NCBI GenBank assembly: GCA_045541555.1
Contig: JAZQJH010000036.1
Span: 44,650 to 108,649, forward strand
Length of the DNA stretch: 64,000 nucleotides
Direction of reading: 5' to 3'
Source: Eubacteriales bacterium
GTDB lineage: Bacteria > Bacillota > Clostridia > Oscillospirales > QAKW01
Part shown: positions 9,415 to 18,328 of the stretch, piece by piece
Layout of the letters: every line of letters starts with the position of its first letter
Numbering within the stretch: position 1 is the first letter of the stretch
The notes under the pieces: model-generated
What the model was told of the DNA's origin: nothing
Database searches by the model: none
The model's input: the letters and a program-made list of their open reading frames with translations, nothing else
Translations under genes and position numbers: made by a program

Positions 9415-10854
9415 TTGAATTTGGAAATGGAACTCAGTTTATTGAATGATTTTTATGAGTTTACAATGAGCAATGGTTATTTCAATGAAGGAAAAGGTGA
9501 GCAGATCGTTTATTTTGATGTCTTTTTCCGTCGAGTGCCTGATCGTGGTGGATACGCAATTTGTTGCGGCCTGGATCAAGTGATCGACTATATATCTAAT
9601 CTATCCTATTCGGATGAAAGTATTGAATTTTTGCGTCAAAAAGGTCTCTTTTCTGAGGGCTTTTTAGAATATCTTCGTAATTTTAAATTCACTTGTGACG
9701 TATATGCCGTTCCGGAGGGAACTCCCATTTTCCCCGGTGAACCAATCTTGACGGTGCGTGGACCTGCCATTCAGGCGCAGCTTTTAGAGACGATGATTTT
9801 GCTTACGATCAATCATCAAAGCTTGATTGCAACGAAAGCTTCCCGTATTGTTCGTGCAGCTGATGGTCGTGGCGTCAGTGAATTTGGTGCACGCCGTGCG
9901 CATGGTACCGCGGCCTCAATTATGGGCGCACGTGCGGCATATATCGCCGGCTGCACAGGGACTTCTAATGCGTTGTGTGACAAGCTTTACGGCGTTCCCT
10001 GCTCCGGAACCATGGCGCATAGTTGGGTTCAAAGCTTTCCTACGGAATATGAGGCATTTGCTGCTTATGCGAGAAATTATCCCAACTCTTGCGTACTGCT
10101 TATTGATACCTTTAACGTACTGAAGTCCGGTTTGCCGAATGCAATTCGCTGCTTTAATGAGGTGTTGGCGCCCATGGGCGCACGTCCGGTTGCGGTACGT
10201 ATTGATTCCGGCGATATTACCTATCTTTCCAAGAAAATACGTTCAATTTTGGATGATGCAGGTTATCCGGATTGTAAGATTATGGTGTCCAATTCGTTGG
10301 ATGAATATATCATTCGCGACTGCATTAATCAAGGCGCAAAAATTGATCTTTTTGGCGTAGGGGAGAGGCTGATTACTTCCCGTAGCGAGTCGGTTTTTGG
10401 CGGTGTTTATAAGTTGGTTGCCGTCGAAGAAGCGGACGGAAGTGTTACGCCCAAAATCAAAATTTCTGAAAATATCGAAAAGATTACAGTGCCCTGCTTT
10501 AAGCAACTTTATCGCTTTTTCTCCAAAGAAACGGGGATGGCAATTGCGGATCTTTTGACCCTGCATGATGAGGAGATTGATGAAAATGAGCCGTACACAC
10601 TTTTTGATCCGGTTCATACTTGGAAAGAAAAAGTGGTCACGGATTATACCGCTGTCCCTATGCTGAAGCCAATCTTTGTTCAAGGAAAATTGGTGTATAA
10701 AAAGCCGAGTACCCAAGAAATCCGAAGCTATTGTTTGGAGCAGTTGAACTTGCTTTGGGATGAAGTGAAACGTTTCGAAAATCCCCATGAATACTACGTG
10801 GATTATTCGCAAAAGCTTTGGGAGATCAGACGAGATCTTTTGAAAAATCGATAA
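9415..10854 (+). CDS. pncB: Nicotinate phosphoribosyltransferase
   Basis: DFYEFTM, EFGARRAHG, GTMAHSWV, LIDTF, RIDSGD, FGVGERL; TTG start after GGAGGG. Confidence 0.93.
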   Translation: MNLEMELSLLNDFYEFTMSNGYFNEGKGEQIVYFDVFFRRVPDRGGYAICCGLDQVIDYISNLSYSDESIEFLRQKGLFSEGFLEYLRNFKFTCDVYAVPEGTPIFPGEPILTVRGPAIQAQLLETMILLTINHQSLIATKASRIVRAADGRGVSEFGARRAHGTAASIMGARAAYIAGCTGTSNALCDKLYGVPCSGTMAHSWVQSFPTEYEAFAAYARNYPNSCVLLIDTFNVLKSGLPNAIRCFNEVLAPMGARPVAVRIDSGDITYLSKKIRSILDDAGYPDCKIMVSNSLDEYIIRDCINQGAKIDLFGVGERLITSRSESVFGGVYKLVAVEEADGSVTPKIKISENIEKITVPCFKQLYRFFSKETGMAIADLLTLHDEEIDENEPYTLFDPVHTWKEKVVTDYTAVPMLKPIFVQGKLVYKKPSTQEIRSYCLEQLNLLWDEVKRFENPHEYYVDYSQKLWEIRRDLLKNR

Positions 10855-10866
10855 TTCTAACATCAA

Positions 10867-10934
10867 TTGTACAATGTTACCAAAAATGCCGCTCTAATTT
10901 TTTTATGAGTGGCATTTTTGTTCACTTTGTACAA
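10867..10934. promoter_or_regulatory. Two candidate TTGT-N9-ACAA operators (10867-10883, one mismatch; 10918-10934, perfect)
   Basis: ttgtacaatgttaccaa and ttgttcactttgtacaa; the same motif recurs at 31699 and 33064. Confidence 0.6.
10881..10920 (+). terminator. Terminator after pncB
   Basis: caaaaatgccgctc...gagtggcatttttg inverted repeat. Confidence 0.7.
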
Positions 10935-11014
10935 TAGATTATGTAAATCAAAAAGAAAACGAACTTTATTTTCAAAAAAATTAGCAATTTGTTTGTGAAA
11001 AATTAAAAAATATA

Positions 11015-11043
11015 TTGAAATTGTATATATATTGTGCTATAAT
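11015..11043 (+). promoter_or_regulatory. SigA-type promoter of the import operon
   Basis: TTGAAA-17 bp-TATAAT with extended TGn. Confidence 0.8.
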
Positions 11044-11172
11044 CATCCCGATAGTATGGATAAAAGCGATCAAATCTCTTTTGTGTACTTTGTTCAGTTA
11101 CGGCTGTTCAAAAAGTCAAAAGTGGTGGAAGCGCGACTTGAGATACTGATCAATTCAACTTGGAGGTAGTTT

Positions 11173-14100
11173 ATGAAAGACAAAAATGCAAGTTCTGTTC
11201 TTCGGTCTTTCCTGGCGGCTATAATGGTTCTCGTTATGGCTCTGTCCATGTCCACCTTCGTCTTTGCGGACGAAGGTGCGGATTCGGCGCCCGGAGAAAC
11301 GGCTGGAACAGAATCCGGTGATGCAGGAGAGAGTAGCTCTGCTCCTTCTACGAGTGGTCCTGCCGAAACCGTAACGCCTGAAGGTGGCGTTGGGGAGTCC
11401 GAAGTTTCTGTCGTCGGTTTCTATCGTGACGGCAGATATGTGGACTACTATAATGAGCACATTGCAGATGACGTTGTAATGCCCGAGATCGTGGTGGATG
11501 CAACTCAGATTACTGCTGCAACTGCTCCTTATGAAGTAAAAGATTCCTACGAGAATCGCGATTCGGTTGTTGTGACAACCGGTAGCGGCGAATTGACCTA
11601 TACGATCAATGTGACCAAAACCGGTATGTATGCAATCGGTTTGGAATACTTCCCCTTGCTGGGTGACGGCAACGGAAAGGATTATGAGCTTGCTGTTAAG
11701 CTGGACGGTACTCTTCCTCATGATGATGCTGCACGGTTCACTTTGAAACGTAATTGGATTGATGAGGATGATGAACATAACTTCGACGACATCGGCAATG
11801 AGCTTTATTCCAAGCAAGTTGAATCCGCAAAGTGGTTAAGTAAGGATATTCGTGATCCGGATGGCGTGTTTGATGATGCAGTGAAGTTTTATCTAACTGC
11901 CGGCGAGCACACCGTCACTTTCTCTTTCAACACCGGTGTTCTGGCTTTGGATAAGATTCGTTTCTATAACGAAGGCGAGCCGATGTCCTATGACGATTAT
12001 ATTGCTTTGAATGATTCCAATGGTGCTTCTGATGCAACTGAATCTTTCGAACTGGAAGCAGAGTCTTTCTTGGACAAGAGTGAGTCCTTGATTCAGCCGG
12101 CCTATGACCGCAGTGATCCGAAGGTTACTCCTTATAGCATCAGCAAGACCCGTCTGAACGTTATCGGCGGTGAAAACTGGAATACGACCGGTCAGACCGT
12201 CAATTGGATTATTGATGCTCCCGTCGATGGTTACTACACTATCGGCGTCCGCTACCGTCAGTCTTACGTCGAGGATTCTACTTCCTACAGACGTCTTTAC
12301 ATCGACGGTGGGGTTCCTTTTGAAGAAGCCAATACCATTGGTTTTCCCTTTGAAACCGGCTATCAGTATAAGGTTCTTGGCGGCAAGGATGAAGATGGGA
12401 AGAACTTCAATTATAAGTTCTATCTGACTGCCGGTAGACATGAGCTTTCCATGGAAGTCGTTATTGGTGATATGGCAGGGGTCAGCCGCGAGGCAGAAGA
12501 CCTGGTTTATCAGTTGAACTACATCTATCGTAAGATCATCATCATTACCGGTACTTCTCCCGATACTTATCGCGACTATGAATTGGATAAGAAGATTTCC
12601 GATCTGGAAGAAATGTTCAAATCCGTTTATAGTGATCTCCTTTCGATTAAGGAGCAGGTAATTGCCATTAACGGCAACCTGGGCTCTGCTTCCATTATTA
12701 CTATTTTGGAAAAGCAGATCAATGACTTTATTGAAAAGCCCTATGCTATTCCGGATCGTCTTTCTACCTTTAAAGATAATATAAGTACTCTCAGTTCCTG
12801 GATGCTGGCGTTGCGTAATCTCCCGGTTCAGTTTGATAAAATGATTTTCACCGGTGCAGGTGCAAAACCCACTCGTCAGACCGCAAACTTCTGGGAAGGC
12901 GTTTCCCATGAGGTACGTGCGTTTATTTCCTCCTTTGTCGATGACTACACTTCCGTCGGTGCTGAGAGCGCCAGTGGACGTACCTTGACCGCATGGGTTG
13001 GTACCGGTCGTGACCAAGCAACCGTTTTGAAAACTTTGACCACCAACTACTTCACTCCGGAAACTGATATTTCCGTGAACGTCGGTTTGGTTCCGTTGAG
13101 CATTTTGCAGAAGGCGATCGTAGCCGGCCGTGGTCCGGACATTGCACTGCATGTCAGTCGTACCGAGCCGATGAACCTGGGTTATCGTAACGCGGTTGTT
13201 GACCTGACTCAGTTTAGTGACTTTGAAGAGGTGGCAAATCGTTTTTCAAGATTCGCTCTTACGCCTTATACCTTAAGCACTTATGATGAGAATGGCAATA
13301 AGATCAATAAGATCTTTGCTCTTCCTGAGACTCAGGACTTCAAATTGATGTTCTATCGCACGGATATCTTTAGCGAGTTGGGCATCAGTGCTCCCAATAC
13401 CTGGGACGATCTGGACAATATTTTGCCTTATATTCAGGCAAACAACATGACGGTTGGTCTCGATCCCAATGCCAGTGGTGAGACCTTCTATACCTTGATT
13501 CTTCAGAGCGGTCATACTCCTTATAGAGAGGATGGTACCGGAACTAACTTTACCGAGCAGTATGCAATCGATGCGTTTGAAAGATGGACCCGCTACTATC
13601 TCCAGTACGACCTGCCCACTGACTATAGCTGGTACAGCCGTTTCAGAAACGGCGAGATGCCCTTGGTTATTCAAGGTTATTCCAGTATTACTTATCTGCA
13701 GGAGTCTGCTCCTGAATTAAATGGTCTTTGGAACGTTGCTCCCATGCCCGGTATTCTGAACGAGGAGACCGGTGTTGTTGATCGTACCGACCAATCCAGT
13801 GGTATGAGTGGCTGTATGATCATTGAGAGAACTATTGAGAAGGCGAAGAATCCGGAGCAGAAGCTTCAGGATGCTTGGACCTTCCTGAAGTGGTGGACCT
13901 CTAGAGATATCGCTGCTGAATACGGCAACCGCGTTGAGATGGCGATCGGTTCTGTTGCAAGATATTCTACTGCAAACCTGGAAGCATTTGAGAAGATCAA
14001 ATGGTCCAGCGCCGAGGCGGCCGTTATCAGAGCACAGCGTGAGTGGACGCGTGAGACTCCCGAATTGGTCGGTGGTTATTACGTAAGCCGTAACGTGATC

Positions 14101-14238
14101 AACGCTTTCCGTAACGTTGTTAACAATAAGGCGAATCCGAGAGAAAAACTCTTCTATTATAATAATGAAATCAACGATGAGATTTGGCGTAAGCGTTCTG
14201 AATATCATCTGTCTGTACCGGAGGAGGCGAGAAAATAA
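11173..14238 (+). CDS. Very large extracellular solute-binding protein (family-1 SBP C-terminus, carbohydrate-binding-like N-terminal domains)
   Basis: Sec signal peptide; beta-rich N-terminal ~430 aa; SBP features GRGPDIA, ALPETQDF.LMFYRTDIF, AWTFLKWWTS. Confidence 0.85.
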   Translation: MKDKNASSVLRSFLAAIMVLVMALSMSTFVFADEGADSAPGETAGTESGDAGESSSAPSTSGPAETVTPEGGVGESEVSVVGFYRDGRYVDYYNEHIADDVVMPEIVVDATQITAATAPYEVKDSYENRDSVVVTTGSGELTYTINVTKTGMYAIGLEYFPLLGDGNGKDYELAVKLDGTLPHDDAARFTLKRNWIDEDDEHNFDDIGNELYSKQVESAKWLSKDIRDPDGVFDDAVKFYLTAGEHTVTFSFNTGVLALDKIRFYNEGEPMSYDDYIALNDSNGASDATESFELEAESFLDKSESLIQPAYDRSDPKVTPYSISKTRLNVIGGENWNTTGQTVNWIIDAPVDGYYTIGVRYRQSYVEDSTSYRRLYIDGGVPFEEANTIGFPFETGYQYKVLGGKDEDGKNFNYKFYLTAGRHELSMEVVIGDMAGVSREAEDLVYQLNYIYRKIIIITGTSPDTYRDYELDKKISDLEEMFKSVYSDLLSIKEQVIAINGNLGSASIITILEKQINDFIEKPYAIPDRLSTFKDNISTLSSWMLALRNLPVQFDKMIFTGAGAKPTRQTANFWEGVSHEVRAFISSFVDDYTSVGAESASGRTLTAWVGTGRDQATVLKTLTTNYFTPETDISVNVGLVPLSILQKAIVAGRGPDIALHVSRTEPMNLGYRNAVVDLTQFSDFEEVANRFSRFALTPYTLSTYDENGNKINKIFALPETQDFKLMFYRTDIFSELGISAPNTWDDLDNILPYIQANNMTVGLDPNASGETFYTLILQSGHTPYREDGTGTNFTEQYAIDAFERWTRYYLQYDLPTDYSWYSRFRNGEMPLVIQGYSSITYLQESAPELNGLWNVAPMPGILNEETGVVDRTDQSSGMSGCMIIERTIEKAKNPEQKLQDAWTFLKWWTSRDIAAEYGNRVEMAIGSVARYSTANLEAFEKIKWSSAEAAVIRAQREWTRETPELVGGYYVSRNVINAFRNVVNNKANPREKLFYYNNEINDEIWRKRSEYHLSVPEEARK

Positions 14239-15200
14239 TGGCTTCTGTATCAAAGCAAAGAGAAATTGAATTATTAAAGAAGAAAAGATTATCCTTCTCC
14301 GAGAGAGCGGCATTAACTTGGCGTGAGATGAAGGATAATAAGATCAACTATTTGATGATCTTGCCCTTCGTGGTTTTCTTCACCTTGTTTACAATTATTC
14401 CTATCGGTGCTTCGATCTTTTTATCTTTTACTCGTTACGACATTTTGAATACTCCGATCTTCATCGGTTGGGATAACTACCTGAGAATGTTCTTGGAGGA
14501 TAGCGTCTTTCTGATCTCCTTGAAGAACACCTTGAAGTTTGCAATTATCACCGGCCCCGTTGGTTACCTGCTTTGCTTTATCTTTGCATGGTTTATCAAC
14601 GATCTGCCCCCGATTGCGAGAGCGTTCTTTACCGTGGTATTCTACGCTCCTACTTTGGCAAACGTTTACTTTATTTTCCAGTATCTGTTCAGTGCCGATA
14701 TGTACGGTTTGATCAACTCCATCATGATGAACCTGGGCATGATCGATGAACCGATTGCATGGTTGAAGAACACGAAGTATATGATGAATATCGTTATCAT
14801 CGTGCAGTTGTGGTGTTCTTTGGGTACCAGCTTCCTTTCCTTCGTCGCCGGTTTGCAGAACCTGGATCCCTCTCTTGCTGAGGCCGGTGCGATCGATGGC
14901 GTTCGTAATCGCTTCCAAGAACTCTTTTACATCACCTTGCCGCAGATGGGCGGTATGCTGATGTTCGGTGCGGTTATGCAGATTTCTTCTGCATTCGCAG
15001 TCGGCAGTATTTCTTCTTCGCTGCTGGGTAACCCGTCAGTCGACTACGCAGGTCATACATTGGTCTTGCATATTTCCGACTTCGGTCACACCCGGTTTGA
15101 GTTGGGTTATGCTTCCGCAATCGCAGTGGTGCTGTTTGCAATGATGATCTTGAGTAAGGTCTTGATCAACAAACTGCTTGCGCGGTTCTCACATGATTAA
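14238..15200 (+). CDS. Carbohydrate ABC transporter permease
   Basis: Multiple TM helices; EAA loop EAGAIDGV. Confidence 0.92.
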   Translation: MASVSKQREIELLKKKRLSFSERAALTWREMKDNKINYLMILPFVVFFTLFTIIPIGASIFLSFTRYDILNTPIFIGWDNYLRMFLEDSVFLISLKNTLKFAIITGPVGYLLCFIFAWFINDLPPIARAFFTVVFYAPTLANVYFIFQYLFSADMYGLINSIMMNLGMIDEPIAWLKNTKYMMNIVIIVQLWCSLGTSFLSFVAGLQNLDPSLAEAGAIDGVRNRFQELFYITLPQMGGMLMFGAVMQISSAFAVGSISSSLLGNPSVDYAGHTLVLHISDFGHTRFELGYASAIAVVLFAMMILSKVLINKLLARFSHD

Positions 15201-15220
15201 GAAAGGAGAGTGAACGAAAT

Positions 15221-16078
15221 ATGTCTACAAAATTAAGAAGAACTAAGGCTTCTGTTGTTGGCGATGTATCTACATACCTTTTGCTCGCTCTCTACGCTGC
15301 CTTCATGTCCCTGCCTTTGGTTTACGCCATTGTGCAGTCTATAAAACCTTACAACGAATTGTTCATCTTCCCGCCGCGGTTCTTTACTAAAAACCCGACT
15401 TTGATGAGCTTTAGAAAACTGTTTGATTTAACGTCTACCTCTTGGGTGCCGTTCTCCAGATATGTTTTCAATACCCTTACCAATACCATTGTAGGTACGG
15501 TTATTCATATTATTTCTGCAGCTATGTGTGCTTATCCTTTGGCAAAGAATAAGTTCCCCGGTAAAAATATTATCTTCAACCTGGTTGTTTGGTCGTTGCT
15601 GTTTACCGGTGGTGTTACCGAAATTCCTGTTTACTTGGTAATGTCCTATTTGGGTATTATCGACACCTATTTTGCTTACTGGTTGCCTGAAATTGCGGCT
15701 ACCATGGGCGTATTCCTTTTGAAACAGAATGTTGCAGAGATTCCGAATGCAATGATCGAGGCTGCTCGTATTGACGGCGCAGGGGAGTGGAAGATTCTTT
15801 GGTCCATCGTCATGCCGTCCATTAAACCGGCTTGGCTTACCCTGGCAATCTTCTCTTTCCAGAGAAACTGGAATGCAACCGCAGGATCCTACATTTATAC
15901 AGAGACCCTCAAGACGTTGCCTACCGCCTTGAGCCAGATCACTGCCGCCGGTAGTGTGGCACGTGCCGGCGAGGCGTATGCTGCTTCTGTATTGATGATG
16001 ATTCCGCCGATCATCTTCTTTATCTTTGCTCAGAGTAGTACGGTGAAGACGATGGCGCACGCCGGTATCAAGGGTTAA
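15221..16078 (+). CDS. Carbohydrate ABC transporter permease
   Basis: EAARIDGAGE EAA motif, TM helices. Confidence 0.92.
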   Translation: MSTKLRRTKASVVGDVSTYLLLALYAAFMSLPLVYAIVQSIKPYNELFIFPPRFFTKNPTLMSFRKLFDLTSTSWVPFSRYVFNTLTNTIVGTVIHIISAAMCAYPLAKNKFPGKNIIFNLVVWSLLFTGGVTEIPVYLVMSYLGIIDTYFAYWLPEIAATMGVFLLKQNVAEIPNAMIEAARIDGAGEWKILWSIVMPSIKPAWLTLAIFSFQRNWNATAGSYIYTETLKTLPTALSQITAAGSVARAGEAYAASVLMMIPPIIFFIFAQSSTVKTMAHAGIKG

Positions 16079-16091
16079 GGGGGTGCACGAC

Positions 16092-17651
16092 ATGAAAAAA
16101 AGATTGACGAAAGTCGGTGCTATTGCTTTAGTAATGCTGGCGTTGGTTTCTATGCTGGCAATGCCCTCTTCGGCCTACATTGCATATAATACCTACAATT
16201 ATAATTATTACGGAGAAGCAATTGAAACTCCTTCCGGTTATGCTCCGGAAACCATTTATTATGGAGAAGACTTAGGGATCGGTACATTATCCAATGCGAT
16301 CGACCTCTATGTCAGCCCTCAGAATGAAATTTACATTCTGGATTATTATGGAAGTGACAACCTTCCCCGGTTGCACATCTTTGATTTTAATTTTAAGCAT
16401 ATTAAAACTCTTTCGACTCTTACTGCAAACGGTAATCCCTATATCATGAAATTGCCGGAGAGTGTTGTCGTAGATAAATTTGGTTACATCTATATTTGCG
16501 ACACCGGTAACCGTCAGATCTTGAAATTGGATAAGGATAAGAGCGGTAAGATCGTTCAGACTGTTGGCGCACCGAATTCCGATCTTTTTGAGGGTGAGTT
16601 TAAACCGTCTAAGATCGCGATAGCAAAGAATATGTCTTTGTATGTTATTTGTACCGGTGCCTTGGATGGTATCATGGAGTTTGACGAAAGAGGAACTTTT
16701 CTCCGCTATTTCGGTGCTCCTGATGTTCAGATGTCTGTTACGGATATGATTGCGTTGACTTGGAGACGGATGTATCGTTCGATCCTTGGTAGTGATGCAG
16801 ATAACTCTTTTGTCACCTTCGTTCCTACTGAGTTTTCTAACTTGGTTGTAGACGATTTTGGATTTGTTTATTCCGTTATTGCCGCGACCGAGGATTCCAA
16901 TACCGAGCAGTTGCTGAAAATGAACTTCTTGGGTAACAACATTCTTGACCCGATGGCCAAGAGTACTCAGAAGGTAAATGATACCCTTTCAAAAACGTAC
17001 GGAGACCTGCAGCGTCGTGGTACTAAAACCGAAGGTAATATCTTTACGGATGTTGCAGTAGATAAGGACGGGTTCATTACCATGCTGGACTCCAACCTTT
17101 GCAAGGTGTTTGAGTACGATCCGGAAGGCAACCTGACCTTTGTTTACTCCGGTAAAGGTAGTCAGAAGGGTATGCTAAACAGACCGGCTGCAATTGCAAA
17201 GCTCGGCAAAAAGACTTTGATTTTAGATTCTCATTTTGGCTCGATTACCATTTTCGATTTAACTCAGTATGGCGACACTCTTCATGACGGCATTATGCTT
17301 TATGATCAGGGTCTTTACACCGATGCTGAAACCTATTGGAATGTAATTTTGAAGCAAAATGCAAACTGTGAATTAGCACATATCGGCCTTGGTAAGGTTT
17401 ATTATCAGTTTGGCCGCTATGAAGATGCAATTCATCACTTTAAGATTGCCAATGACCGGATGAACTATCAGGATACTTATGCGCTTTACAGAGAAGCTGT
17501 AATCGCTGATTATTTTGATTTGATCATGACTCTGTTGGTTGTATTGGTTGTCGTTGCAATCGTATGGAAGGTCTTTGGTAAAAAGATCATTGAAATGATC
17601 AAAAACAGAAAACAAGGAGGTGGAGAAGATGAGTCAGAAATTGTGGAGTAA
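16092..17651 (+). CDS. Secreted NHL-repeat (beta-propeller)/TPR protein with C-terminal membrane anchor
   Basis: Signal peptide; repeats such as PESVVVD..GYIYICDTGNRQI and PSKIAI; TPR-like AHIGLGKVYYQFGRYEDA; C-terminal TM helix; ATG 16092 follows the RBS. Confidence 0.8.
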   Translation: MKKRLTKVGAIALVMLALVSMLAMPSSAYIAYNTYNYNYYGEAIETPSGYAPETIYYGEDLGIGTLSNAIDLYVSPQNEIYILDYYGSDNLPRLHIFDFNFKHIKTLSTLTANGNPYIMKLPESVVVDKFGYIYICDTGNRQILKLDKDKSGKIVQTVGAPNSDLFEGEFKPSKIAIAKNMSLYVICTGALDGIMEFDERGTFLRYFGAPDVQMSVTDMIALTWRRMYRSILGSDADNSFVTFVPTEFSNLVVDDFGFVYSVIAATEDSNTEQLLKMNFLGNNILDPMAKSTQKVNDTLSKTYGDLQRRGTKTEGNIFTDVAVDKDGFITMLDSNLCKVFEYDPEGNLTFVYSGKGSQKGMLNRPAAIAKLGKKTLILDSHFGSITIFDLTQYGDTLHDGIMLYDQGLYTDAETYWNVILKQNANCELAHIGLGKVYYQFGRYEDAIHHFKIANDRMNYQDTYALYREAVIADYFDLIMTLLVVLVVVAIVWKVFGKKIIEMIKNRKQGGGEDESEIVE

Positions 17652-18309
17652 TCTCTATGTGTTTTTTCAGATGATCAAAGAACGCTTTTTTGTCGGGAAA
17701 AAGAATCCGTTTTTAATGATTATCCATCCCGTCGAGACGATGGAAGATCTGAAGTATAAGAAAAACGGTTCGGTTGTTTATGCAACTCTGCTTCTCCTGG
17801 CCTTTACTGTTTCTGCTATTATTCAGGATGTTGGTACCGGGTTTATTTATACCACTTTGCGGATCAAGGATTTTAATATCCTGACTGTACTGTGCACCTC
17901 TGGTTTGATGGTGTTGCTGTTTGTTGTTGCAAACTGGGCGCTTTGTACGTTGCTTAGCGGTGAGGGTAGACTGATTGATATTTATATCATGACCTGCTAT
18001 AACCTGACCCCGTTGATTGCCTACAATTTGGTTAGCACTTTCCTTTCCAGATTCTTGGTAAGCAGCGAATTCTCCTTTGTTACTATTGCAGGCGCTTGTT
18101 GCACGATGTGGTTTGTTGTCCTCATGTTCTACGGTGCCATGACCATCCATAACTACAAGTTCTGGGCAACTTTGCTGAACCTGATTGCATCCTTGGTTGC
18201 CATGGCGATCATTTTCTTCTTGATCTTTTTGTTTGTTGTTTTGGTTCAGCAGTTGTATGTATTTGTTTTGACAATCTATACGGAATGCCGTATGAGAATT
18301 CTGTCTTAA
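17629..18309 (+). CDS. Yip1-like multi-pass membrane protein
   Basis: HPVETMEDLK N-terminal motif plus about 5 TM helices; position between NHL and DUF5696-like genes. Confidence 0.7.
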   Translation: MSQKLWSNLYVFFQMIKERFFVGKKNPFLMIIHPVETMEDLKYKKNGSVVYATLLLLAFTVSAIIQDVGTGFIYTTLRIKDFNILTVLCTSGLMVLLFVVANWALCTLLSGEGRLIDIYIMTCYNLTPLIAYNLVSTFLSRFLVSSEFSFVTIAGACCTMWFVVLMFYGAMTIHNYKFWATLLNLIASLVAMAIIFFLIFLFVVLVQQLYVFVLTIYTECRMRILS

Positions 18310-18328
18310 GAAAGGGGAGAAGTGAATA

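Noticed and set aside
11050-11172. ~120-nt leader of the importer as a riboswitch
   Set aside because: Only a weak AAGTC/GACTT pairing; no recognisable aptamer, terminator or T-box; better read as operator-containing
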